Source of the DNA: Acidobacteriota bacterium
GTDB lineage: Bacteria > Acidobacteriota > Thermoanaerobaculia > Multivoradales > UBA5704
Length of the DNA: 64,000 bases
NCBI GenBank assembly: GCA_040005235.1
Contig: JBDTZG010000006.1
Span: 22,203 to 86,202 of the forward strand
Reading direction: 5' to 3'
In this document: in pieces, positions 19,210 through 28,119 of the stretch
Position numbering within the stretch: the first letter of the stretch is position 1
Layout of the letters: each line of letters opens with the position of its first letter
Notes under the pieces: generated by a model
Databases searched by the model: none
The model's input: the letters and a program-made list of their open reading frames with translations, nothing else
What the model was told of the DNA's origin: nothing
Made by a program: the position numbers and the translations under genes

Positions 19210-19956
19210 ATGTCCTTAACCCGCGGCAACTATTGTTGCCTAATTACGGTGGTCCCAATGGTTCAAAAGAAGCTCTTGGCCTGTTTCGGCCTTGCTGTCG
19301 GCATTCTGTTCGCGGTTCCCCCTGATGTACAAGGCGAGTTTTTCGGCATACCTCTCTCCGACACCCTATTCACCTTTGAGGTCAAGGTTCCTGGCTCCGA
19401 GTGCATCAGCGTACGCGACTCGAAAAGTTTCATCGACAAGCTATTGGGAAGTAATGATCAGGCGCCAGCGAAAATCAAGAATTGCCCCCAAGTTGCAACC
19501 CGCGAAGGAACGTTATTCCATATCCAAGACACGACCAATGGCTATTGGTACGGCTTCATAGTTGTCCGAGAAGCCAAAGGCGGGGTGTCGGTTTCTCGAT
19601 TTAGCCTCACCCAGGATCGGATCGCTGGGCAAGCTGTTGTTCAAGATGCTGACAAACCACAATTGGTCCAGGTCGGCGGCGAAGCCTCGTTTCCATTCTC
19701 CAAGAAACCGGCGGCCCCCAAGATCAGGCTTGAATTGCTTGGAGAGGAAGAGGGTTCCTTTCCCAATTCTCCACCCTATACCGATCCGATTGACTCCGAT
19801 AATCATGCCCAAGCAGAATTCCTTAGACTCATATACGGAGACCCAAGCGCATCGATTTGCTGCGTCGGATGCGGTCCGATTCGAGTTTGTGGCGATAGCG
19901 TAAATCTCGGTTGCGGCGCATGCGGTGGTGGCGGTGGCGGGTATGGTCAAATCTAA
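19210..19956 (+). CDS. Secreted protein with a Cys/Gly-rich C-terminal tail (low-GC island gene 1); probable true start 19258
   Basis: Signal peptide MVQKKLLACFGLAVGILFAVPPDVQG. Tail ICCVGCGPIRVCGDSVNLGCGACGGGGGGYGQI. GC is about 50%, against about 68% in the flanks. Confidence 0.5.
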   Translation: MSLTRGNYCCLITVVPMVQKKLLACFGLAVGILFAVPPDVQGEFFGIPLSDTLFTFEVKVPGSECISVRDSKSFIDKLLGSNDQAPAKIKNCPQVATREGTLFHIQDTTNGYWYGFIVVREAKGGVSVSRFSLTQDRIAGQAVVQDADKPQLVQVGGEASFPFSKKPAAPKIRLELLGEEEGSFPNSPPYTDPIDSDNHAQAEFLRLIYGDPSASICCVGCGPIRVCGDSVNLGCGACGGGGGGYGQI

Positions 19957-20032
19957 ATGGGTGGATTTCGCCGGAAAATTCATCTTGTAGGCAGCTAGAC
20001 CCTTTCCCCCAAGTCTGGGCAGGAGATGAACT

Positions 20033-21361
20033 TTGTCTGTCCGAGGACGTCCTTTTTTCCTCGCAGGTACACTCTGTCTACTTTGGGTGGTCGTAATTCT
20101 AAGTTGCCATTCAACGAGGCTGGTCCTTGCCGAGCCAACAATTGTCAACGCCGGAATGGGCGCTCCCCAGGACCTGTGGTTTTCTCCCGACGGATCACTG
20201 GTCGCTGCCTATTCGAAGGGGCTTGCGCTTACGATTGTCAAATATGACCCAAGGACGGCAATGCCGCCGAAGGTAAAGCTGCTGGACTTCAGGGTTCTTG
20301 GAAAAGAACTGGGCTCCGTCACTGGACTTACCACGAATTTGCCTCTTCCGGCGTTAGGATCAGACGTTGTTGGGCGGTCGAATGGTGGACGCGGGACCAA
20401 GCTTATTTATTCAATTTCGGCAGACGCCAAGACCATTGCGTGGGCTGATGGCTCTACGGTAAAGGTGAGGGCGACTCAAGACTTCACCGGTCGCATGGGC
20501 GCTCAGGGCATGGTGACAGCCGACGAGACCGTCTTTTCGGTAGTACTGACCGCAGAAGGTATGGTCAGTGTCCTTGGACCCAGCGGAACGCTTACGACCT
20601 ATAGCAGTGGTACGCAGGAGAGACTGCTTCCGTACATAAAGCTCCCGACCGGAAGATGGAAGCTCAGCTCGCGAGGTCCTCGAATTGCGGCTGCAGATTT
20701 TGCAGGAGGTAAAGCAGGACTGGTGGTCCTTGATCCGCCTTCGATGTTAGGCAAAGAATCTAGGTCTCCGGCGATTATCTTTCCAGGGGAAGAAATGGCC
20801 GAAGGAAGTCAAGTGGTGTTGGCTGCCAGCAAACGACTCCTAATCGGAGGCAGAGACGGATTGATAACAAGAGTTACATACAGCAAAGAAGGCCGAGCCA
20901 AGGCAAGCTTGCTTCTGCCGACCGGCGGAGGAGTGCGAGCAATTGCGCCGCTTGGAGGAAGTGACTTTGCCGTCGGAGGTGATTTCTCTGGAGTTTTTTT
21001 AGTCTCTCGGTTTCAGTTGGTTCAGTCGATTGCGGCTGGTCCGGCTGGGGTTCGACGAATCGCTGTCAACGGCGACTACATCGCTATTGCAACTGATCGT
21101 GAGCTTTTGGTCATGAAACGCACTCTTTCAATCAGGCTGGACGAATCCGGGAAATATTGGATCGGTTTGATGCTGTCGATAATTGGCGTCCTTGGATTTT
21201 ATCAAACCTGCCTAGGCGAGCGAGGAACCAATGGGCTTCCCAACCGGGTGGACACACTCGTTGAGCTCGGTGCCGAAACGATTTCGCCAAGCCTTACCCC
21301 CCACACCCCAACCGAACCCGCTTCTTCTCCGCCCGGTGTTCCGCCAGCGACAGCTCCTTGA
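20033..21361 (+). CDS. Membrane-anchored 7-bladed beta-propeller protein (low-GC island gene 2)
   Basis: N-terminal signal/TM, repeated WD40/PQQ-like blades, and a C-terminal TM (YWIGLMLSIIGVLGFYQ). Low GC. The 3' end runs about 67 nt into the convergent high-GC neighbour, so the terminal residues may be a read-through artefact. Confidence 0.5.
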   Translation: MSVRGRPFFLAGTLCLLWVVVILSCHSTRLVLAEPTIVNAGMGAPQDLWFSPDGSLVAAYSKGLALTIVKYDPRTAMPPKVKLLDFRVLGKELGSVTGLTTNLPLPALGSDVVGRSNGGRGTKLIYSISADAKTIAWADGSTVKVRATQDFTGRMGAQGMVTADETVFSVVLTAEGMVSVLGPSGTLTTYSSGTQERLLPYIKLPTGRWKLSSRGPRIAAADFAGGKAGLVVLDPPSMLGKESRSPAIIFPGEEMAEGSQVVLAASKRLLIGGRDGLITRVTYSKEGRAKASLLLPTGGGVRAIAPLGGSDFAVGGDFSGVFLVSRFQLVQSIAAGPAGVRRIAVNGDYIAIATDRELLVMKRTLSIRLDESGKYWIGLMLSIIGVLGFYQTCLGERGTNGLPNRVDTLVELGAETISPSLTPHTPTEPASSPPGVPPATAP

Positions 21362-23255
21362 ACGCTGGAAAGTCTGCGATTTCCACAAAGCGCCTTTTCG
21401 TTTCCGCCGTCCGTTCCAAGATCGCCAATCCGTCTTCGAAGCGCACGGTCTGGTGGAAGCTGCCCAGCGCGTTTTCGGTCGCGGTGTCTTGGGGTTCCAG
21501 TTTGCAGGCAGCCTCCGGCAGGCGGAAGCGCCAGATGGTTTTGGCGATGCCGGGGGAGAGGACGACCGGGATGGGGTTCGTGGCCCGATTGTCGAGCACT
21601 CCGGTCGAGGGGGTGGCCGAGAGCGAGGTCGCTTGGAAGGAGCGGGAGGCGTTGCCGAGCAGGCCGGGGATGGTGAGCTGGATCGACGCCGTGGCGTGGG
21701 GGAGACCTTCTCGTTCGGGTTGCCAGCTCAGGCGACCGAGGGTGGCTCCCGGGAACAGTCCGGCGAAGAGGGCGCGCAGGGTGGCGTCGATCTCGTTGGG
21801 CTGCTTGTCCGCTAGGGTTTCGATCATCGAGGCCGCTTGCCAGCCGGAGAGGTCGAGCTTGGCTTGGCCTTTGGCGTCTCCCGTCGGCGGTTCGGCCGTG
21901 GCGACGCTCAGGTCGATCGTCAGGGTACGGGCCTCGCCGACCGGCAGCGTCGGCGTCCGGACAAGCTCGCTCTGTTCCCCTTGGTCGCCGCGGACGACCA
22001 GGGCGTCCTGGTCCTGGTCGTGCGGCGCGAGCCAGACCAGCGAGGAGCCGATCTCTTGGGTCGCGTCGACGAACAGGTAACCTCCAGCGACCGGAGCCCC
22101 AGGCGGTAGGTCGAGACCGGCGACCGGGAGCGCCGCGATCGCGTGGTTGAAATCGAACGGCGAGGGAAAATCGCGGTCGATCCGGCCGAATCGATCTAGG
22201 CGGATCAGCACCGGATAGGCCTCGATGCCGGCCGCGGCGAGCAGATCGACCAGCAGAACCGCCTTGTCCTTGCAGTCGCCGTACTTCTTGCCGATCGCCT
22301 CGGCCGGCGCGTGCGGAATGTAGCCGCCGACTCCGACCTCGATCGCGACGTAGCGGACATCGCGCTGGGCGTAGCGGGCGAGCGCCGCGAGTTTTTGCTG
22401 CCTCGTGGCCGTGGCGCCCAATGCCCGGACCACTCGGTCCGCTTCGGCCCTCACTTCCGGCGCGCCGCGCGGCACGGTTCGGAGCAGGTTCGCCCACCAG
22501 GCGGCGACGCCTTTCCAATCGGGCGCCGGCCCCCAGGCGAAACGCAGGGTCGGCCCCGGATCGGTGGGGGCCGAATCGAGATCGCGGTCGGCGGGCAGGT
22601 CGTGCCCGGTAATGCGAACTCCTCCAGCGATCGGCTCGATCTCCAGGTTGCCGGTCGGACCGGAGACATGGAACCGAAAGCCCGGCCCCGCGCCGTTGAC
22701 TTCGACCGATAGGGCGGCGGTCTTGTCGCGGCCGGGGGAGAGGTCGATCAGGCCGCCGGGAAAGTACGGCTGTTCGACGACCGCCGATTCGACTTCCAGG
22801 GTCGAGCCGACCGGTCCGGCAGGGAAGTTCACGGTGCGGACTTTGACCGCGCTGTGGAGCACCCCGGCCGAGCTGACCTCAGCGGTGTCGAGAGCCTTCT
22901 TGCCCGCTTCGATCACCTTGCCGCCGGGCTGGATCGTCCGGGCGGCGAGTTGCTCGATGTGGGCGTTCTCGTCGTACCCGACGGGGTAGGGGGACCAAGC
23001 GGCGAAGTCCTCCGCCGCTTCGAGCCGGACGCGAATCTTCTCGCTGGTGCGCATCGAGCCGTCCGGGCGCACCTCGGCGACCACCGTTCGTTCGAGTACG
23101 GTCGCGGCACGGGCCGGGTTCCCGCCGAATGATCCGAGCGCCACGAGCGCGCCGGCCGTTCCTATCGTTGCGAGCCGGACGAGCAGGGTGGGCGGAAAAT
23201 TCCGCCGCCGCCCGGCAACCGACCTAGCGACGGACGAGGACGAGAGCCTGTGCAT
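21294..23255 (-). CDS. DUF3857 plus transglutaminase-like domain secreted protein
   Basis: Start at MHRLSSS followed by a signal sequence. Transglutaminase core YGDCKDKAVLLVDLLAAAGIEAYPVLI. 653 aa. Confidence 0.7.
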   Translation of the reverse strand: MHRLSSSSVARSVAGRRRNFPPTLLVRLATIGTAGALVALGSFGGNPARAATVLERTVVAEVRPDGSMRTSEKIRVRLEAAEDFAAWSPYPVGYDENAHIEQLAARTIQPGGKVIEAGKKALDTAEVSSAGVLHSAVKVRTVNFPAGPVGSTLEVESAVVEQPYFPGGLIDLSPGRDKTAALSVEVNGAGPGFRFHVSGPTGNLEIEPIAGGVRITGHDLPADRDLDSAPTDPGPTLRFAWGPAPDWKGVAAWWANLLRTVPRGAPEVRAEADRVVRALGATATRQQKLAALARYAQRDVRYVAIEVGVGGYIPHAPAEAIGKKYGDCKDKAVLLVDLLAAAGIEAYPVLIRLDRFGRIDRDFPSPFDFNHAIAALPVAGLDLPPGAPVAGGYLFVDATQEIGSSLVWLAPHDQDQDALVVRGDQGEQSELVRTPTLPVGEARTLTIDLSVATAEPPTGDAKGQAKLDLSGWQAASMIETLADKQPNEIDATLRALFAGLFPGATLGRLSWQPEREGLPHATASIQLTIPGLLGNASRSFQATSLSATPSTGVLDNRATNPIPVVLSPGIAKTIWRFRLPEAACKLEPQDTATENALGSFHQTVRFEDGLAILERTAETKRRFVEIADFPAFKELSLAEHRAEKKRVRLGCGG

Positions 23256-25176
23256 CGCTTTTGGCCGCCGTCGCGAACAGGTCGCGCGCAAAGTCGCATT
23301 CCTCTCGGCTGGAAAGCTGCTTTTCGCGCACTGCGAACGTGCGGTGGATCGTCGCCTTCCGGCCCGGATCGTCGATCTGAATCGCGAGCGCGAACGCCCC
23401 TGCCGCGCTGTCGCTTTTGGCGGTGCGGGGCGCGGATTCGACATGCCACCCCTCTGGCCAGGCGATCTCGAAATCGACTTGCTCGGTATAGGGGAAATCG
23501 AACAGGATCGGGGAGCGGCGCTGCGCCGTGGAGGCCGAGAACGGTTCCCTCTGCGGTCCGAGCGGCCGGCTCGTGGCGAGCGTCGCCTCATCGCCGAGGG
23601 CGTCGTCTTCCTTTTGGATCATCGTCCAGGTCATCGAGAGACTGCGATCTTCGACCGATTCCTTGGTGGCCACCTCGGTGAAGTCATACCCCTCGAAGTG
23701 CTCGGCGAGCCAGTCGTTCCAGGCCTCGGTGGTTTTCTCCGGCGTTTCGCGCCAACGGAGCTTGGACGTCGCCGAGAGCCCGGAGAGCTCCAGCTTGCCG
23801 GTTCCGGAAAGGCGGCCGCCTGCGCCGACTTGAAGCGTGACGGTCGCTTTTTCGACGTTCTGCTCGGCGGGGCTTTGGGCGAGCACCACCCCTTCCGGTT
23901 TCTTCGGGTCGGGCAGCAGGGCGGCCGTCCCTTCGTAGTCGGCGTCGAGGCGGCCGAAGCCGAGGCGGCGATCGGTCGGATCGAGGTAGACGCGCCCGCC
24001 ATCCTTCGGTCCCAGCTCGACCGCCACCAGCACGCGATCGAACCAAGCGGGGTTGGCGACCTGGGCATCGATCAGGCCGCTGCTTCGCGAGCCCGCCCAG
24101 ACCCGCTTGGCGTCGAGCTTCAGGGCGTCGAGCATGGTTTCGAGCAGCAGCGCTTTTTCCGCCGCCGTGCCGTGTCCGGCGCGCAGGATCGCGTCGGCCG
24201 AAGGCTCCGTCCCGGTGAGGAAGATGCCGGTATTGTCGTCATCGAGCGCGATCTCGTCGCGGACGAAGGTATAGATCGCCGCGGCCCGGTCGCGCGGGCC
24301 GGTTCCCGCCTTCTGGGCCAGGGCCTGCGCCTTCTTACCCGATTCGCCACCGCGGCGACGGGCCTTTTCCCAGGTCTCCTTCAAGAAATCAGAGGTCGCC
24401 GCCCAATTCTCCATCAGCCGCAGGTGGACGGTCCCCTCGTCGAACACGGTCGGTACCAGCATGATCTGGGTCGCGAGATCGGCGAACGGCAGGCCGTATG
24501 GCTCGTCCAGGATCGGCGGCAGATTCTCGGCCCATGCGCGCAGCGTGCGTTTTCCGACGTCGCGCCCCTGTTCGGTCTTCACCCCAGCCCGGAACGGGTC
24601 GCGCATCCAGGTCTGAACTCCGAGCGAGCCGGGGATCAGATAGCGGATCTCGGCCGAGCGGACCGGAATGTCGGACGAGAAGTAAAACGGCTCCAGGTAA
24701 AAGATGTTGTCGAAGCGCAGCTCGTACTCGGCGTCGAGGATCGCGCCCACCTCGACGTTGGGGAAGGCGAGCGAGGTGACGAAGTACTTTCGGCTTTTGG
24801 AGAGCTTGCGCTTAAACTTGGCGTCCTTGGCTAGCTCGACCACTCGACCGTCGGGGAGCACGGTGCGTGCCGTGAGGCTGTAGAGCCGGACGAACGAGGA
24901 ATGGAAGAGCTGGATCTCGCCCCGGTCTTTGCCCTGCTCGGTGAGGATCTTCACCCGCTCGCGCACGATCACGCGGGACGAAATGTCGCTGCTCGCCGGG
25001 TCCATCATGCGGAATTCGGCTTTCCGGAAAAGCACCACGGCGCGGGCGTTCGGCGAGCCGGCCACCTGGGTGAGGACTTTTTCTTCGGCCGAAATCGGCG
25101 GAAATTCAGCCCGCGCTGCGGGCGGCAGGAGCACCAGGAGGCTGAAGACGGGGACGAATAGGGCGATTCGAGACAT
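23224..25176 (-). CDS. DUF3857-domain secreted protein, paralogous partner of the downstream gene
   Basis: Signal peptide MSRIALFVPVFSLLVLLPPAARA. DUF3857/DUF3858-like architecture. 650 aa. Overlaps the downstream gene's start by 32 nt. Confidence 0.6.
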   Translation of the reverse strand: MSRIALFVPVFSLLVLLPPAARAEFPPISAEEKVLTQVAGSPNARAVVLFRKAEFRMMDPASSDISSRVIVRERVKILTEQGKDRGEIQLFHSSFVRLYSLTARTVLPDGRVVELAKDAKFKRKLSKSRKYFVTSLAFPNVEVGAILDAEYELRFDNIFYLEPFYFSSDIPVRSAEIRYLIPGSLGVQTWMRDPFRAGVKTEQGRDVGKRTLRAWAENLPPILDEPYGLPFADLATQIMLVPTVFDEGTVHLRLMENWAATSDFLKETWEKARRRGGESGKKAQALAQKAGTGPRDRAAAIYTFVRDEIALDDDNTGIFLTGTEPSADAILRAGHGTAAEKALLLETMLDALKLDAKRVWAGSRSSGLIDAQVANPAWFDRVLVAVELGPKDGGRVYLDPTDRRLGFGRLDADYEGTAALLPDPKKPEGVVLAQSPAEQNVEKATVTLQVGAGGRLSGTGKLELSGLSATSKLRWRETPEKTTEAWNDWLAEHFEGYDFTEVATKESVEDRSLSMTWTMIQKEDDALGDEATLATSRPLGPQREPFSASTAQRRSPILFDFPYTEQVDFEIAWPEGWHVESAPRTAKSDSAAGAFALAIQIDDPGRKATIHRTFAVREKQLSSREECDFARDLFATAAKSDAQALVLVRR

Positions 25177-25380
25177 CGATCCTCCGAAAATCGGATCAGG
25201 AACGTGCGCGCGTAAGGCTCATGCTAGCAGGCCTCCGCCAACCCCTTGGACACCGTCGCCACGGTTTCGTGGTGAATTGTGACGAAGTCGTCATCCAAAG
25301 CGTCGGGCGCCGCGTAGAGGGTTTGAACAGGCGGACCGAGGCCACCTTCGGAGCCTTTCGGGGGCCGCCGCAGGAACCGG

Positions 25381-26067
25381 GTGGAAGACCAGGAGGTTCA
25401 GGTGCCGCAAGCGCTGCAGGCCGGTCAATGGTTCGGACAGGGGCCGACGGCCGCCGGGAACGGCGGAGCGCTTCGCTCTGGCGTATATTCCGGGCAAACG
25501 TTCGCCACTCGGGAGACCGTCCGCTTGAGCCTCCGTACCGCCGATGCCGACGATTCGGCACTGCTCGCCGCCATCGCGCGAGGCGAGATCAACGCCTTTC
25601 AGGTTTTCTACGATCGCTATGCCGCGCGCGTCACCTCCTACGTGCGGCAGCTGAGCCGCGACCGGGAATCGGTCGAGGACATGGTCCAAGACGTGTTCGT
25701 CGCAGTGTGGAGGAAGGCCGGGAGCTACAGCCCGGAGCGGGGCGACGCGGCGGGCTGGCTCTATACGATGACCCGCAACAAGCTGGTCGACCAGTGGCGT
25801 CGCGTCCGCGAAAAGGCGGTCGAGCTCGACGCCATGCACTCCTGGGAAATGCCGGCGATTGCGCCGCCCGAAGAAGATCTCTACCTGTCCGTCCGCCAGG
25901 CGCTGTTCCAGGTTGCCCCGGATCAGCGCGAGGCGATCGAAATGGCCTATTTCGGCGGCCTCACCTACGAGGAGACGGCGGTTCGTCTCGACCTTCCCGT
26001 GGGCACCTTGAAATCGAGAATTCGCGCCGGTCTGCGCTCTTTGCGCTCGGTGCTGGAAGCGGGGTAA
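25381..26067 (+). CDS. ECF (sigma-70 family group IV) sigma factor; start uncertain (possible TTG near 25531)
   Basis: Region 2 (DMVQDVFVAVWRK) and region 4 (AYFGGLTYEETAVRLDLPVGTLKSRIR). The 50-aa N-terminal extension is unusual for this family. Confidence 0.7.
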   Translation: MEDQEVQVPQALQAGQWFGQGPTAAGNGGALRSGVYSGQTFATRETVRLSLRTADADDSALLAAIARGEINAFQVFYDRYAARVTSYVRQLSRDRESVEDMVQDVFVAVWRKAGSYSPERGDAAGWLYTMTRNKLVDQWRRVREKAVELDAMHSWEMPAIAPPEEDLYLSVRQALFQVAPDQREAIEMAYFGGLTYEETAVRLDLPVGTLKSRIRAGLRSLRSVLEAG

Positions 26068-26071
26068 ATTC

Positions 26072-26728
26072 GTGCATCCACCCGAAGACATCCTCCTTTC
26101 GTTCGTTTCGGGCGAGGCCGATCTCGCCCGGCGGGCGCTGATCGAAGGGCATCTCGACGGTTGCCCCGATTGCCGCGCGTCTATCCGGTCGCTCTCGGTG
26201 CCGGGGGCCCGGTTGTTGGCCGGGATGCCCGGCAAAGCAGCCGATTCGGCCGGCTCCTCCGGACTTTGGGATCGCCTGCGCGCCCGCGTGGCGGAGATCG
26301 GACCGCCGCCGTCGTTCGAAACGTCCCCTTTAGCCCAATATCCAGTGCCGGCCGGGGCGTTGCGCGAGCTCGGCGACCGCAGCGGAGTCGAGCCGCAATG
26401 GCGGTTCGCGGGCACTATAGGGGCCGCGTTCACCATCCTCTCCCGCGACGCCGGGACCGGGGCGATGCTACTTCTCGGCCGGATAAAGCCGGCGAAGTTC
26501 TTTCCCGAGCACCGCCACGCCGGGCTCGAAGAGATTCTGATCCTCCGCGGCGGCTTCGAAGACCAATACGGCGACTTTACGGCCGGCATGTACACGTCGT
26601 ACGAGCCGGGCACCGTCCATCGCCCGTGGATCGACGAGCAGGAGCCCTGCTGGATGCTCAGCCGGCTGGAGAAACCGGTCGAGTTCCTCGGCTGGCGGGG
26701 CGTGGCGCAGCGGATGCTGGGCAACTAG
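26072..26728 (+). CDS. ChrR-family anti-sigma factor (zinc-binding N-domain plus cupin C-domain)
   Basis: GTG start 5 nt after the sigma factor's stop. HLDGCPDCR zinc motif. C-terminal cupin (FFPEHRHAGLEEILILRG). Confidence 0.75.
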   Translation: MHPPEDILLSFVSGEADLARRALIEGHLDGCPDCRASIRSLSVPGARLLAGMPGKAADSAGSSGLWDRLRARVAEIGPPPSFETSPLAQYPVPAGALRELGDRSGVEPQWRFAGTIGAAFTILSRDAGTGAMLLLGRIKPAKFFPEHRHAGLEEILILRGGFEDQYGDFTAGMYTSYEPGTVHRPWIDEQEPCWMLSRLEKPVEFLGWRGVAQRMLGN

Positions 26729-26992
26729 GTCAAAATCTGGCAATAGTTGGACAAGACATCTAGGGTCACTGCTGCGAGCGGCAGGAAGATCGCGGCCGGA
26801 ATCTTCGCAGCTAGGTGCCCGAGTCCCGATTGCAGTGCGACCCGGCGCGATTCGAGATCGTGGCGCGCGGCAAATCCGGGGTGGGCGGTGCTTACGACGC
26901 CTGGCGGCGGCTCCCCGTGCGCCTCAGAGGCGAGAAGTTCGATCCGCGCCACGGGCGGAAAGAGGAGTGAGCAAGCGGGGGCATAGAATCCC

Positions 26993-27400
26993 TTGATCCC
27001 GCTGATGAATTGGATTGTGCTCGGCTTCCTGCCGATCGACCGCATGCGCCAAAGTCGCCATCCGGCCTATGGTGCCGCTTGCGGCCAGCTGCTGCTCGCC
27101 CGGCGCACCGCCTACGAAACCGCCGGAGGGCCGCGATCGCCCGCTTCGTCCATGACGCGCTCAAGCTGGCTCGCAGCTTCCGCGCCGGCAGGCCCCTGGT
27201 CGCTCGCCCTCTCCACTGTCGCCCTAACGGCCGGCTGGGCGGCGCGCTTCGCCGCAGCGATCCGGTTTCGCCAGCCGCTCCTCGGCGCGCTTCTCCACCC
27301 GCTTGGGATCGCCCTCTTCCTCGCGATCCAATGGCACGCCCTCGCCCGCCACTACGTGGGGAAGCCGGCGGTCTGGAAGGGGCGGGCGCTCGCGGGGTAA
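26993..27400 (+). pseudogene. 3' remnant of a family-2 glycosyltransferase gene
   Basis: YGAACGQLLLARRTAYETAGG matches a GT2 motif, and the C-terminal membrane-tail-like LLHPLGIALFLAIQWHALARHYVGKPAVWKGR is present. There is no N-terminal catalytic half upstream, and the neighbouring frame carries the expected continuation, which implies a frameshift. Confidence 0.35.
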
Positions 27401-27410
27401 CCAACTGGTT

Positions 27411-27833
27411 TCAGACACTGCCACGCGGAACGACCCACTCAACGGGCTGACCCGTGACCCTAGCGATCTGATCAAAGTCGGCGTCGTAGTGAAGTACGGT
27501 GAGCCCTGCCGATTCCGCTGCAGCCGCGACGATCAAGTCTGGAATTGGCAGGCGGTGTCTTCCCGTTCGCGCTAGCTCGCCCTGTACCTCGATCGCCCTG
27601 TCGAAGATCTGCTCCGTGAGGAGTACGCTCTCGAAGGCCAGCTTACGGCGCAGCCGAATCCTCTCGTGTTCCTCATGGTTGCGGGCACTGAATAGAACTT
27701 CGAGGTCGACGACCGCGCAGGTGGCGATCTCGCCTGACTCGATCAGCGGCGCGAGGCGCGCGCGAACCGTCGCCAAAGGCATCCGAGCAAGGGCACTCTT
27801 ATCAGCGAGGAACCGAGCCCGCATCAGCGCCAA
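27411..27833 (-). CDS. vapC: PIN-domain toxin VapC
   Basis: 140 aa with PIN acidic residues (D at the N-terminus, E, D...D). Overlaps vapB by 10 nt. Confidence 0.75.
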   Translation of the reverse strand: MALMRARFLADKSALARMPLATVRARLAPLIESGEIATCAVVDLEVLFSARNHEEHERIRLRRKLAFESVLLTEQIFDRAIEVQGELARTGRHRLPIPDLIVAAAAESAGLTVLHYDADFDQIARVTGQPVEWVVPRGSV

Positions 27834-28036
27834 GCTTGCGCCATGATTTGCGGGTCCGCCAAATCCATCCCCTCCATGACCGAGAGGGCGCGAACCTCCT
27901 CACGCCGAGCTACCGCACGCAGGACCTCGCGGAACGCCACTTCGATGGTTTCGCGGACGGTCTTTGTCGATAAAGCATCTCGCGTGGCTGCGAGCAACTC
28001 CTCGTCAATCTCAACGCTCGTCTTTCGGACGGCCAT
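27824..28036 (-). CDS. vapB: VapB-type antitoxin
   Basis: 70 aa. MAVRKTSVEIDEELLAATRDALSTKTVRETIEVAFREVL fits the ribbon-helix-helix/VapB pattern. Immediately upstream of vapC. Confidence 0.65.
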   Translation of the reverse strand: MAVRKTSVEIDEELLAATRDALSTKTVRETIEVAFREVLRAVARREEVRALSVMEGMDLADPQIMAQAWR

Positions 28037-28119
28037 ATCTTCTGCCTCGTCGCAAATATATCAAAGATTCGGCTCCGAGGATATCATTTATGGTGCGCCG
28101 GATATATCGCTTCGTCTAC
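28037..28119 (-). promoter_or_regulatory. Putative vapBC promoter/operator with repeated GGATAT half-sites
   Basis: AT-rich stretch GGATATCATTTATGG...GGATATATCGC directly upstream of vapB. Confidence 0.3.

Noticed and set aside
19210-21361. Prophage or integrative element
   Set aside because: No integrase, transposase, excisionase or phage structural genes are present. There is only a compositional island with two genes, so I leave the mobile_element call unmade.
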